From: the human T2T-CHM13v2.0 reference genome, Homo sapiens
Assembly: GCF_009914755.1 (NCBI RefSeq)
Contig: NC_060926.1
Length of the DNA: 64,000 nucleotides
Reading direction: 5' to 3' (one strand)
In this document: in pieces, positions 1-13,407 of the stretch
How the letters are laid out: every line of letters begins with the position of its first letter
Numbering within the stretch: the stretch's first letter is position 1
Notes under the pieces: generated by a model
What the model was told of the DNA's origin: nothing
The model's input: only the letters and a program-made list of their open reading frames with translations
Databases searched by the model: none
Position numbers and translations under genes: made by a program

Positions 1-62
1 TGATCCGCCCACCTCAGCCTCCAAAAGTATTGGGATTACAGGTGTGAGCCTCTGTCCCCGGC
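1..62 (-). mobile_element. Alu 5' end (runs off window edge)
   Basis: tgatccgcccacctcagcctcc..tgggattacaggtgtgagcc..cccggc is the reverse complement of the Alu left-arm start. Confidence 0.9.
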
Positions 63-304
63 TGAATTCCTTTTATTAAAAGCAGCTATTTTGTGACTAT
101 TGTTTTAAATGTCTCATTCTATGTGCAAGCATATCTCTAGCCAGAGTGAGTTATAGTTGGATTGCTGGGATATTTTATCTTTACAGAGAGGCAAAAAAAA
201 ATGCATCTTAAAATCAATGAAATGTGATAGATAATGTCAGAGCATGATATTAAGCAGTAATGTAAATATACACAATAAGCTTATCAGAGTGGCTCTGTAG
301 CTGA

Positions 305-785
305 TACCAATATTTGGTATTATCAGACTTTCTAATTTTGGCTTGTCTTGTGAGCATAAAATGGTGTTCTGGTTGTAATCTTTATTTCTTAATTAATAAA
401 TATTTATATTTGACAACTTATGTAAATTGTACATAATTTCTGATTTCTTTTATTTTTTATTATTAGTATTGACAGTCTATTATTCTTTCCAAAATGAAAT
501 TAAATTAGGAGTGTTTTAAATTTTTTATTTTATGCATTTTAAAACTACATACTAATATCATGTTTTTGGGTTCTAACCATTGCATATGGGCAAAGAATAG
601 ATTCTTTGAAAAACCAATTCTCTGAATTTTATTAAATCTTGTTTTATAGCTTATTCATGATCAACTTTATATTTCAAGTTTGTTTGAGTCAATTGAATAT
701 TCTCAAGATATTGGGTAGACTATTCCATATATGTCTATTAGATCAAGCATGTGAATTGCATTATTTAAATATTCTATAGATTAGG
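305..785 (-). mobile_element. Old L1M fragments
   Basis: Degenerate L1 motifs (atttggtattatcagactttctaattttg; atatgtctattagatcaagc..ttatttaaat). Confidence 0.5.
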
Positions 786-1944
786 ATCTGTGAAAACAGC
801 ACATTTTTATACAATAACGGAAGTTTATCCTCAAGGTTAATTTGCTCCAAGTACAAAGTATTTTTGTAAACTGTAAGGTTGAGTTTTAATACATTTTTTA
901 TTAAACAAGGAATAGCTATTTATCCTTTCAAAATTTCATTGTTGTTGCTATTTTTTTTGGAATAAGTCAATAATGCATTAAAATTTCAGAATTTGTAAAA
1001 TGAGCAAATTAATTTTTTTGTGTGAAAAATATAGTTCATAGTTGTTTAGGTGTTTATAGTTCTCCTTTTATGCATTAACAGTTTTATATAACATCTATAT
1101 TTACTTTTTAATATTAGAGGAAATTTCTTGTGGTTTTGAATTGCATTTGTACTACTAGGTTCCTTTCATGAACTATTTTAATCATAGATCAAATGGCTTC
1201 TCACAAGAATTAGCTACTCAATATCTTAATAAGGTGGGCTGTCATGCAAGGCATGAAAGGAGTCAAATTTCTTTTGCTTTCAGATATCTACAATTTTATG
1301 TGTCTCTTCTGTACAAAGCCCCAAAACATTTTACAAAAAGCAAATATAGATGAACAGAAAATTCAATGTAAAATTCAATAGCTGAACTGCCTTAGAATTT
1401 TGAAGGACATACGTATACCAGTGAAATACAATACAAGTAGTTATAGAAACAAGAAAGCAGGCTGGGGCATTGGTGCTAATTTTATCTTTTGTAACTAGCC
1501 TTCAAATAAATGGGTTAAATAGTGATAAATTTCTATACCACTTTAATACATTTTAAATTTTGAGAAACTATATTGGGCAAGAAAGAATGTTAAAACCAAG
1601 GTTTCAGGAAATTACCTCATTTGAAAACATTTGAAAACAAAAATGTGGTAGTTTCCTGTATATCCTATATAGTGGTTAAATGTCTGTTAGGGATAGAAAT
1701 GATTTCAGTCAAGTAATTCCACTTTCTTGAACTCTTGGCCAATCTGTTTTAATTATTACCCATTGCTACTAAACGTTCCATGGAATCAATGTTATATAAT
1801 AGATTATGAATATGCTATATTCAGAAAGAGTGGTGATTACCTTCCATAGACTCCTAACTATTCTTCATGCTTATCTGATTTTCCCATTAGATACAATTTT
1901 CATTTTAAAGCAACTTATATATATATATATATCAGTACTTTTTT

Positions 1945-2595
1945 AGTCCTCATTGCCTATAAAACTAAGTCTAAACACACCAGTCTGGGATTAAAGACCT
2001 CCTATAAATAGCCTATCCATACACTCTGATATGTTTGAGATAGTCTATTCCAGTCTGTCTGTTGCCCTGGTATAATTATTAACCATGCCCCTTTTACTCT
2101 CAAAGTTGTCCTATTTTAGATTATGTAGTTATCTCATCCAAAATCAAATTCCAACCAATTTTTCCAATTTCATCTTGCATGAGAATGCATTTTATGAATT
2201 CACTTCTCAAACCCAAATAAATAACTTTATGTTCCCTGTATGTTTTTCCATCTTGCCATGTTTTCTTTTTTGCCTCTGTTCTCCTGTCCTCTATGAAATG
2301 ACCTTCATCCCCAATTGTTTTGGTTTCACCTTCGGTAGTCATCTCAGATATCGACTCTTTCACAAAAATTGTCCTGATTCCCAGTTGAAGATAATTTCAT
2401 TCTCTAATCTTTGTGTCATTTTACCTACATTCATTTAATGGTATAATTATCTGACTTGACTCGTGGTTATTAGTAAACTTCTAATCTCCACTGCTTGATT
2501 TGGTGTTTCTTGAAGGCTAAATCAATGTCTTCTAATTGTATCATTCATAGTGTCTAATATCTAGGATGTGCTCACAAAAACTGGTTGATTTAAGA
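1945..2595 (+). mobile_element. Degenerate LINE-2 3' region
   Basis: ctcattgcctataaaactaagtctaaac start; 3'-like end tcatagtgtctaatatctaggatgtgctcacaaaaactggttgatt. Confidence 0.5.
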
Positions 2596-4196
2596 AATGA
2601 AAAATTTAAAGTCATGCATTATGTTATATTAAAAAGATTCCATATCTAAAATAATCACATTAATCAGTGTAAAGGAATTGTTAAAATGACAAAATAAAAT
2701 TTATGTTATTAAAAGTTGTATTAGATTTCTGCCTCTCAAATTAATGAGGATTTGACTTTATAGTCTACATAGTATATTTCAAAATTTGAAAATTTCAAAA
2801 CTGTTATCTTCAAAATGTTTAAGTCCTATAAAAATACCTCAATACAATTATTTTGTGATAGTTTAAACTTTCTCTGGCTACTGACCTTCACAAAAAATTA
2901 TTTAGGTGAACGACCACTAAATTTCTCCCCTGAGGGGTTACTTTAATTTAATCATATTCTAAAAATGATTTACAGCAAAATTTGAAGTTCTACATCAGTC
3001 TGAGGAGTAGTTGGAAGTTCTTTCAGTTCATTTATTCATATTTACAAAGTTGCTTTACAAAGAAAATACTGTAGTAGTATTTATGAATAGAACAAAAATA
3101 AAGCAAAAAAAGACAAAGCTCTTTCTCTAGGAAAAGGGTAGAAAATATGCATTTGAGAATAATTCCTTTTTTTCCCCTTTATTCTAATGTTGACTTACCA
3201 TCAGAGGATTAATATCCCCGTGGGTCATGTATTTGGAAATAAAGAGAATACCCTGGCAAAAATATGTTTTGAAGTGAATGATAATTTTAGAAAGTAGGGA
3301 ATTATATTCTAGCACAAAGGGAATTGTAGTAGGTTATTTAAAAATTTTTTTAATTTTATATATAAGTATATATATGTATATATACACACACTTAAAGGTT
3401 AAAGCAAATGTTACTGTTCTTTAAGTAAATGGGGAAAACATTGTAATGAATTATGCTCTTTTTAAATACCATATAAAAGATACAAGACAATAATTTTATT
3501 AACAATACTTCATGATCTCATTTTCTTATTTACCCCTTATATGATGTTTGTTAACAATATTGTGCCATCTCAGCCAATCAGTTTATCTAGAGATATCTCT
3601 TCAGATGCAACCTTTGATTGCTAAGATTACAGTCAACTCCATCATAGCTGAAAGAGAAACAGGCTATTCTCATTTAATTTAGGTTTCTATTTTGGCCAAA
3701 ATTTTAATATTTTATTGAAATCTAAAATTACTGAAATCAGAAACAGCTTTTGTCATTGGAGAATGACAAATATTCACCTGAGTGTTTTAAACATATTGGG
3801 CCAGAAATAATGACATGTAAACATGTTTGGAAACATGTTCTGAAACATTGGACTTCATCCATTCCAAGGATCCATTTTGCCACCACTATAAAAGCACTAA
3901 CTTTAACAAATCCATTGGCACAGAATAACCTTATCAACAAGATTTCCCTCAAATGGTTCCCTATTGTGTAAGGATCTTATCATATTCCTGGATTTATTAT
4001 TCAAAACCCTCTGCAGTCCAACTTCCATCTAGCTCTATAACTCAGTACTTCAAGCATACTTAGGAAAAGAAACATAACTAAGCAAAACAAAGCAAATATA
4101 TGCTTGCTCAGTGTCCCTTTGAGAAAAACAAAGTACATTATATGATTTAAAACAATGACAAATACTATAGTAAAAAAAATCTTTCAAATAAATATA

Positions 4197-4556
4197 CAGA
4201 TGCTCCTCGACTTTCAATGAACTGACATCCCATAACCTGTCATAAGCTGAAAATGCTGTGTTGAAAATGCATTTATTACACTTAACTTAGCAACCATCAT
4301 AGCGTAGCCTAGTTTACGTTAAACATCTTCAGAACACTTACATTAGCCTACAGTTAGGCAAAATCATCTAACACAAAGCCTATTTTATAATAAAGTGCTG
4401 AATACCTCATGTAATCTATTGACTATCGTACTGAAAATGAAATTCAGAGTGGTTGTATGAGTACTGGAAGTATGGTCCCTACTGAATGCATATAGCCTTT
4501 GCACCATCATAAAGTCAAAAAATTGTAAGGTGAACTCATAAACTGAGGACTGTCTG
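4197..4556 (+). mobile_element. MER47A-like Tigger non-autonomous DNA transposon, near full length
   Basis: Starts TA|cagatgctcctcgactt, ends gaggactgtctg|TA (TIRs plus TA TSD); internal acacttacattagcctacagttaggcaaaatcatctaacacaaagcc. Confidence 0.88.
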
Positions 4557-5117
4557 TAACTGCTTTTTGGTAAAATATTTAGATAGTTTTAGGGAACGCA
4601 TTGAATTTATTTTCCACCATTTTCCTTAGTACACTCTTTGCTCCAGCCAAATTGGCTGGCTGTTTGCTTGAATTCTCTTGCCTGCAGAGGTTCCCTTAAA
4701 ATTCTCTTCTCTTTCTGCCATTGATGTAAGTCCTTTGCCCCCTTTGGAGTCTAATATACCTTACATTACTTTCCTGAGGCTAGTATTGACAGCCTAGATA
4801 GAATGAAGAATTATAGAGTCTATAATTTAGTTACACTTGGGTTGTGCTACTTTGTATTTATTATTGGTCTTTCTAGTCACCATTTATTCATTCAATAAAT
4901 ATTTATTGAGTGACTACTTTTTGCCAAAACATGGAGATGAAAAGATGACTGAGAACTAATTTATATATTTTGTCTTTTAATCCCCCAAAAGCGGGGACCT
5001 TGCCTAATATCTTCACATACTCTCTATACTTTGCAGAGTCACAACTCAGTATCACTGTTGATAATGAAATTCCAGGTCTAGGATGTTTTAATTTAAAATC
5101 TTTTTAAAAGTTGTCAG

Positions 5118-5329
5118 TGGCCAACACAGTGAAACCCCGTCTCTACTAAAAATACAAAAAATTAGCCGGGCGTGGTGGCGGGCGCCTGTAGTCCCAGCTA
5201 CTGAGGAGGCTGAGGCAGGAGAATGGCGTGAACCCAGGTGGCGGAGCTTGCAGTGAGCCAAGATTGTGCCACTGCACTCTGGCCTGGGCGGGCGAAAGAG
5301 CGAGACTCCGTCTCAAAAAAAAAAAAAAA
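5118..5329 (+). mobile_element. 5'-truncated AluY
   Basis: CpG-rich; gaatggcgtgaaccc and gcggagcttgcagtgagc AluY diagnostics; poly(A) tail. Confidence 0.9.
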
Positions 5330-5404
5330 GGTGGTAGTTTATGTAACTAAAATAAAGGTAGATACTTTGGGTTTTTAAAATTATGGTATTTAAATATTAC
5401 TAGT

Positions 5405-5482
5405 TGTATTAGTCTGTTCTCACGCTGCTAATAAAAACATACCCAAGACCTGGTGATTTATAACGGAAAGAGGTTTGTTTGT

Positions 5483-5529
<47 letters not shown>

Positions 5530-5890
5530 TGAGACGGAGTCTCGCTCTGTCACCCTGCTCACTGCAAGCAGGAAAGAGGTTTAAATGGAACTGACTCACA
5601 GTTCCACATGGCTGGGGAGGCCTCACAATCATGGCGGACAGCAAAGGAGGGGCAAAGTCACATCTTAAACGGCGGCAGGCAAACAGAGAGCGTTTGCAGA
5701 GGAACTCCTCTTCATAAAACCATCATATCCTGTGAGACTTACTCACTACCATAAGAACAGCACGGGAAAAACCCACCCCCATGATTCGTTACCTCACATA
5801 GGGTACCTCCCACAACACGTGGGAATTATGGGAGCTACAATTCAAGATGTGAAGTTGTGATTTAGGTGGAGACACAGCCAAACCACATCA
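5405..5890 (-). mobile_element. THE1 (MaLR) solo LTR interrupted by a short Alu insert
   Basis: tgtattagtctgttctcacgctgc ... gacacagccaaaccacatca; 5-bp TSD ctagt/ctagc. Confidence 0.9.
5477..5570 (-). mobile_element. Very short Alu 3' fragment with (TTTA)n tail
   Basis: gagacggagtctcgctctgtcaccc-tgctcactgcaagc flanked by direct repeat ggaaagaggttt (5465-5476, 5571-5582). Confidence 0.85.
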
Positions 5891-6902
5891 CTAGCAACAG
5901 ACAATGCTTCCCGAGGCAATGGAAAGAAGCCCCATTTGTCCTTACTTTGAAAACCACTGCTTTAGAGCATACCAGCCAAACTCAGCCTTGTAAGCTTTAC
6001 TTTTAAAGGCATATTTCTTCAAGGCTTATGTTTTAAAAACTACTCAAGGTAGAATCTCTACAATAGATCTGGGAAGGTGGCAGTTAACTAATCCATTAAC
6101 TCTTAAAGTCAATGAACACTAGAAAAGTATTCTAATTTGTTGTTGTTTTCTACATCCAAAGGCTTTCTCCCATTATTAAAATCAGAGGAAAATTATATAT
6201 AAAGTCAGAGGAAAATTAATATTTTGAATTTAACTATACAAGCCCCTAAAGTCAAACTATACCAGCTCCTAAAGTCAAATGATTATTATTTTTATGGTAT
6301 CTTTTCTAGATGTATATATGTTTAGCTACACAAATGCTATCCATCATTTCAGGTATGTTAATATGTACTCTGTTTACATGGTCTCTGTAGGACTTGTAAT
6401 ACTCTTTTTTAATTAGTGAACTTCCTTTCTGTTTGAATGGCTTCATGTGTTCAAAAACTATTGATCTTTCTTGCTCTAAGCCGTAATTTCTTTTACTCTA
6501 TTTTTTCTAGTTCTTGTGGAAAGCCTTTTCTTTTCATGTGTTTCACGTTGGCCCCACTTTTTTCTTTTTTCTTCTTCTACAGAAAGCCATTCAGCTATTT
6601 GAAGTCCAGATCAATTTCTATTTATGAAGTCTTCACTGATTATTCAAAGTTAATGTAATTCAAGCATATTTATTGTGCATATAATATAATTTATTCCCTA
6701 ATCATATCCAAGTTAGCACTCCATTTTATACCATCTTGCTCTGTGCTATAATGCCTTCTTGTACATGTACAGTTCTTTAAAACAAGATTATAAATAATTA
6801 GAAGTTGAGGATTAAATGAACAGCATACCACACATAGGTTATTTCATTCCCTTTATATTTACAAATGTGCTTGACATATTTCATAGAATTTATATTATGC
6901 TA

Positions 6903-7185
6903 GCAATGGTTCTTAACATTTCTGAGCTTTGAATAAGTTACTTAAACTAACTAAAAAACATACAATTTTTAGAAAATTTACTTGGTATTCTTGTGTGATA
7001 CTCTGACTAAGGTCCATGGATGTCTATAACTCAATTCTCTTATAATTTTTGTTAGGAATGAAGATTTATTGCTCCCATAGATGACAGGCTTATCTAAATG
7101 TCTATGTGTCTGGCCTGGAGATATGCATTTTAAGATGCCTGCCAGGTATATTTTGGACTCACTAAAGTTTAGAGAACTGTTGAAG
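6903..7185. mobile_element. MER5-like hAT-Charlie remnants
   Basis: caatggttcttaac start; ggcctggagatatgcattttaa..ctaaagtttagagaactgttg end. Confidence 0.45.
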
Positions 7186-8011
7186 AGATAATCCAATAAA
7201 TTTGTTTTCTTAAAATTTCTTCAGAGTATTAAAACAAATTGAAGTTGAAGTATGCAACCATTTTGATATTTTTTGATGAGTAGGAAATATGATACTAATA
7301 ATTTACATTTGTAAAGTGCTTTACAGTTAATACATATATATTATATAAAGTTATACATATATCTATATATGTAGTTAATATTTTGACCTTAAAACCATAT
7401 ACTTTATTAACTTTTACAGTATATTTGTGAAGTAGAATCTAGAAGCTAAAAAGATATAACTCTAAGCTAATTAGGATGAATTTTCAAATGTGTGACAGTT
7501 TATATCTAGTTATTGAAGGGCAATAAAACACATCTTCAGCTAATGTTACAAAATGTGCCTTGGAAGTAAATGCCAAATGACCGAATTGATTTCATCTAAA
7601 ATGAAGTATGTAAAAATTTGGTGAATGTAAATATTGATCCTAGGTTCATATAAACTGTTTTGATAAAACAAAATTGCAAGGAAGCAGATAATATCAAATG
7701 CGTAAAGTTTATCAAAAATAAATAGTTGTGAAATCATTTTTTCATTGAGAATATCTTAACATGACTTTATGAGATAAGGTCAAAAAACATTTTTCAATAA
7801 GGAAGCAGCACTACCCAGAAGGGCGAGGCAGAAAGGGTTTGGTGCTAAGCTAATATAGTCTCAAATTTTGAGAATAAATTTTTTTAAAGACTATGTAATT
7901 ATGATACTTTTGCTTTGTGTTTTAACCCAATATCTGTATATCTACAAGTGCAAAGTTTTAAAAATTCCAAATAGCTCCTCCTTATTATAGAGTTAATAGG
8001 ACTAATCACTG

Positions 8012-8245
8012 TATCCGTAGACTGTCCTTTATCCGAAATGCTTGGAACTAGACATGATTCAGATCTTAGATTTTTGTTTTTGTGTTTTGGAATACATGCA
8101 TTGTACTTACTAGTTTCGCATCCCAGATCTGTAAATCCAATCCAAAATGTTGCAGTGAACATGTTCTTTGATCGTCATGTCAAATGCTCCAAAATTTTCG
8201 AGCATTTTTGATTTCAGATTATTGTATTATGGACCCCCAACCTTA
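8012..8245 (+). mobile_element. Tigger4a/MER46-like (Zombi) element
   Basis: ctttatccgaaatgcttggaactaga..ttttggaatacatgcattgtactta..gttctttgatcgtcatgtc..caacct. Confidence 0.8.
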
Positions 8246-8358
8246 TTAAATTCAAGAGAGGCTTCCTTACCACAGATTTTTTTAAGGCAAGATTGCTATT
8301 AATAGCAACATAGACAAAGCACATTTTCTAGGGGAAGCAATTAGTATATTCATTTATA

Positions 8359-9949
8359 TACTTATGCACTGCACAGCAAAGTTTCAGTCAATGAGGGACC
8401 ACATGTAAGATGCTGTTTCCATGGATTATAATGGAGGTGAAAAATTCCTATCACCAAGTGACATTGTAGCCACAGTAACATTGTAGCACATCACATTTGT
8501 ATGTCTGTGGTGATGCTGGTGTAAACAAACCTACTATGCCACCAGTCCTATAAAATAATAGCACATACACTTATATATAGTACATAATACTTGATAATAA
8601 ACCATTATGTTACTGGTTTGTGCATTTACTAAAGTATACTTTTTATCATTATTATAGAGTGTACTCCTACTTACTAAAAATACATTAACTGTAAAACAGC
8701 CTCACATAGGTCTTTCAGGAGATATTCCAGAAAAAGGCATTGTCATCATAGGGAAAGAGAATTCTATGCCTGTTATTATCCCTGAAAACCTTCTAGTGAA
8801 ACAAGCTGTGGAAGTCAAAGACAGTGATGCAGATGATCCTGACCCTGTGTAAGCCTAGCGTAATGTGTGGAGTTTTGTCTTCATTTTTAACAAAAATTTT
8901 TTTAATGATAAAAGCTTATAGAGTAAGAATACAAAAAAGAAAATAGTTTTGAACAGCTGTACAATGTGTTTATGTTTTATGCTGTGTTATTACAAAAGAG
9001 TCAAAAGTTAAAAAATTGAAAAGTCTATAAAGTAAATAGTTACAGTAAGCTGTTTAATTTATTATTGAAGAAAAATATTTTTCATAAATTTAGCTTAGTC
9101 TAAGTATACCATGTTTTAAAGTCTACAGTAGTGTACAGTAACATCCTAGGCCTTCACGTTCACTCACCACTTACTCTCCAACTCACCCACACAGCAACTT
9201 CCAGTCCTGTAAGCTCCATTCATGGTAAGTTCCCTATGAAGTAGATATGGTTTGGATGTTTGTCCCACCCAAATCCCATGTCCCCAGTGTTGGAGGTGGT
9301 GCCTGGTGAGAGGTGCTTGGGTCGTCGGGGGCAGATACATCATGGCTTGGTGCTGTCCTCACAATAGCGAGTTAGTTCTTGCAAGATCTATTTAGAAGTG
9401 TGTGGTTCCTCCCCTAGCCATCTCTCTGCTCCTACTCTTTACCATGTGGCATGTTGGCTCCTGCTTCACCTTCTACATGAGTAATACCTCTCTGAGGCCT
9501 CCCCAAAGCCTGAGCAGATGCCAGCTTGTACAACCTGCGGAGCTGTGAGCCAATTCAACTTCTTTTCTTTATAAATTACCCAGTCTCAAGTATTCCTTTA
9601 TAGCAACACGAGAACAGACTAATACACAGGTGTACCATTTTTTATCTTTTATGCCACAATTTTTACGATATCTTTTATGCCACAATTTTTACGATATCTT
9701 TTCTAGATGTACATATGCTTAAATACACAAATACTTACCATTGTGTTATAATTGTCTACCGCATTCAGTACAGTAACATGATCTAAAGGATAGTAGTCAG
9801 GGAGCAATAGGTTCTACCATAGAGCCTGGGTATATAGTAGGCTAAACTATCTGTTTTGTAAGTACACTCTATGATATTTGCATGATTACAAAATTGCTTA
9901 ATGATACATTTCTTAGAAAATATCCCCATAGTTAAGCAATACATGACTG
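8359..9949 (+). mobile_element. Tigger3b (MER7/Golem) DNA transposon, split by an MST LTR
   Basis: gattataatggaggtgaaaaattcctatc..gtggtgatgctggtgtaaacaaacctac; 3' TIR gttaagcaatacatgactg|TA. Confidence 0.88.
9243..9626 (+). mobile_element. MSTB-like MaLR solo LTR nested in Tigger3b
   Basis: gatatggtttggatgtttgtccc ... ataaattacccagtctcaagtattcctttatagcaacacgagaacagactaataca. Confidence 0.85.
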
Positions 9950-10003
9950 TATTTTCAAGTACTGTGCCTTATCTAAAGAAGTGTTTTAGTTCACTCTTGC
10001 TCA

Positions 10004-10011
10004 CTCTCTCA

Positions 10012-10046
<35 letters not shown>
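10004..10046. repeat. (TC)n microsatellite
   Basis: Direct reading. Confidence 0.9.
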
Positions 10047-10050
<4 letters not shown>

Positions 10051-11488
10051 CACATGGCTATCAGAGGGCATTTTTTTTTGTATAGTTCCTTGGGAAAAAC
10101 AAATGTTGCTTTCATATTTAAAAATTTTATTTTCCTCCTTGACTAACAAATATGATTGGCAAATAAAAAGACCTGTGACCTCAAAAAGCTCTGTGCGATA
10201 GTGGCTTAATTAAGGTGTTTCTTTTCATTTAATATATGGATTACCATTTATGCCAATATTATAACCAGATTATTCAATCAACAATAAGGATTTATATTTA
10301 TTATGAGAAAGGCATGATTGATCAAATGTATGAATAACTATCCAACCATTACATGAGCTTGCCTTGTACACGGTGACTATCAAGCACTTATGCATGTTAA
10401 TTAGAGATGTTTTGTATTCTTCCTTATGTTTCATAAAACATTTATTTTCCGCAATTTCTTTTGAATACCTTCTTCTGGGTTGACAGTTGAAAGCATTAAA
10501 GCATTTCATGAGAAATATTTTAAGGTTTTTACCTGTTCTTTGGTGGAAATAAGAATTTTCTTTCTCACAGACTGGTGCACAAAGACTCCATCTAACAGCT
10601 ACCCGTATTTCCTGACAGTGACTCTGAAAGGTTAGTTTCTAAAAGTTTAAAAGTCATTTCATTATATCAGAGCTTTTATCCAAAATTCATGCTGACTGTG
10701 AAAACATATATGGGTAAGGATGATTTACTTTGAAATCATCACAAGCAAATAATATCTGGAAACTTGTACCTTTAACTTGCTGGTCATATTCTCTAAATAC
10801 ACTTTAAATAAGCATACTAGTGTTCACTCTTTCTGAACCTATAATTATTTCACTCTCATTTGTGTTATAACAGCCATGCATGTTTGGTAATTTTATTTCT
10901 CTGATAGTTGGAAAAATATAATTTGTTCTATTGTATTTATTTATTATTTTCCAATGAGATGTTCAGTCATTGTCCCAGAAATACATAGGTTCAAAAGATA
11001 AATAAGATAGAGAATTAACCATAACATGTAGTTGCCTTATCTGAAGCAGAAAAAGATTTATTTCCTTAAAACAAAACAAAACAAAAATAATTTTCCATTC
11101 TTTACTATCTATTTATTTAATATTTGAGTTAGCTAAGCTTGGTAAAAAGGATTGCTGTGTGCTGTAATTTGAGGGTTTTCAGGACCTATTAATTAAAAAA
11201 AAGTCCTCCAAATATATAAAAAGCAGCTGCTCCAACCCACATGGCCTGATAATTTCACGCTTAGGACAAGTGAATAATGAAATATAAGAAAGTACTTTGT
11301 ATTTTAGGGAGATGAGTACGGAGAGAGAGGAGCTTGGAAGTGGAGACAAATTTTAAAGCACATAAAACCTTGGAGAAGAATTTTCCTTGATATAGGATAG
11401 TAAAACAAGTATACCATTTGTCCAGGGGTGGTGCGAAGAGATTAGAAGGGCTACAGCAGCTCAAATAAACTGTTTCTAGGGCTAAATT

Positions 11489-11556
11489 TCCTTCCTTCCT
11501 TCCTTCCTTCCTTCCTTCCTTCCTTCCTTCCTTCCTTCCTTCCTTCCTTCCTTCCT

Positions 11557-11592
<36 letters not shown>

Positions 11593-11593
11593 T

Positions 11594-11648
<55 letters not shown>

Positions 11649-11716
11649 CTTTCTTTCTTTCTCTCTCTCTCTCTTTCTTTCTTTCATTTCTTTTCTTTCT
11701 TTTCTTTCCTTTTTTT
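11489..11716. repeat. Compound polypyrimidine STR (CCTT)n(CTTT)n(CT)n
   Basis: Direct reading; ~230 bp almost purely pyrimidine on the + strand. Confidence 0.95.
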
Positions 11717-13407
11717 CCAGAAGTCTAGGATACTTATTATGGTGTCTTCCGGCATAATGCTTTAGAAGAAGTTAGCAAAGTATCAGTGATTAGATGAGGG
11801 CAAGACCTCCTAAGCTCCACAGATACAGTGGCTAGGACATGGAATTGTACCATTTATTTCTGAAAGATCTAAACATTGTATCTTTTTCTTTCTGTGAAAA
11901 GGTTAACATATGGCCTACACTGTAAATACCTTGTATTTTAGTCAGGAGAGGCGAGGGCATTTGGTGCTTTACTGCTATAGAGTGTTCTCATGGGAAAAAA
12001 AATAGCATTGACCCAGTGAATGAGAGCACCCAGATAAAATGATTACAACCTATTGTATAATTCCCTGATCCCACCCAGTTGTGTCATGGAACAGGATATC
12101 ACACATGTATACAATGGAATTTGTATCGAACATAAGAAGCATTTGTTCCTTGATTTTTTGAAGTGTATAAACAGTAGATATTCATTTGTGTTTGTTTTAT
12201 TTTAGGTATCCCAATACCTAAATATACAGAAATTACTGGAAGAAATATTCAATCTGGTGTGATATACTAGGTGAATGTATCATAAGAATTTCTGTTCCTT
12301 ACAAAATTGTGAATGCAAAGTTTTAGGAATTATATTGGCTATATGATACTGATCTTTGATATCTTTGTACCTTAAAGCAAGATTTTCTTAGTGAACACTG
12401 GCATTCACAGTATTGTTTTTTCTCTGGCTATATCAAGAGCTTTAGTTGTTTTTTGTTAAATGAAAAGAATGAAGAGACTATCTTTCAGACTTAAAAGTTA
12501 AAGTTCTGTGTGCAGACTTTCATGTCATGTAGAAAAAGGAAATAAAGGGAGTTAATTGGTTTTGCTGTAATTTTTCTTCAGTGGATTAAAAAAAATCTAT
12601 GCTTAAAATACTATTTAATGATAATGGGTGACAATTTCTATAAAAATACAACTTTTGTTTCTTAGAAAGTTAACTTTTTTCTATAGTTTATATAAATATG
12701 GCATTAGTCAGTAACTGTGTGTTCGGATGCCTAAAATGTATAGCTTTTTTGTTTGTTTGTTTGTTTCAAGAAGCTATGTCTTAATTAATTTAGGAGACTA
12801 TAGGGTTGTTGGGAAGACACATATAAATGGAGAAGCCAGAAAAAGCTGGACACAAAAACAGATTATTAGAATGGAGCTGTACGTGGATATTAGAATTGGT
12901 GGCTTTTTAAAATAACTGAGACATAGTTGCACATTTCCATACTCCTGTGTTTACCATTGAGCTTTTTTACCGTCTTTGTATTTTTCTCTATATCATTAGT
13001 TTTCTTACTTATAATTTTGATACTCTTATAGCTTCAGTTTATCAAGCTGTTTACAACTATCCCCTCACTCTGTATTCTCTTTCTAATGACTGTTCGGTTT
13101 TAGCATCTATCAAATACCTTGATGCCTTCATTTGACAAGTCAGGTTCAAACCTGATAATCCTATTGGCTAATCTCACTTCCATGCTAGACATCATAGATG
13201 ACTGTTAAATCTGAGGATTAGCTGCCTTTGGATGATTTATCCATTTTTATTTAGTTCAATCTGTGGTAGAGGCTGGATCATGTGGGTCTAAATATTAGTT
13301 AAAATTACATTGATTGGAGATCTAGAGGTTTTCCTTTAGGAAAAACTATAGGCTTGGAATAAACAATAATTGGTACATTTGAGATTTTAAAAATTCTGTC
13401 TTCTCTA

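Noticed and set aside
11451-11687. Lys/Glu/Arg-rich ORF
   Set aside because: Translation of the (GAAA)/(GGAA) STR
12206-12270. Possible exon (ttttattttAG...GTGAAT)
   Set aside because: Stops in all three frames and a weak donor; cannot be supported without transcript data
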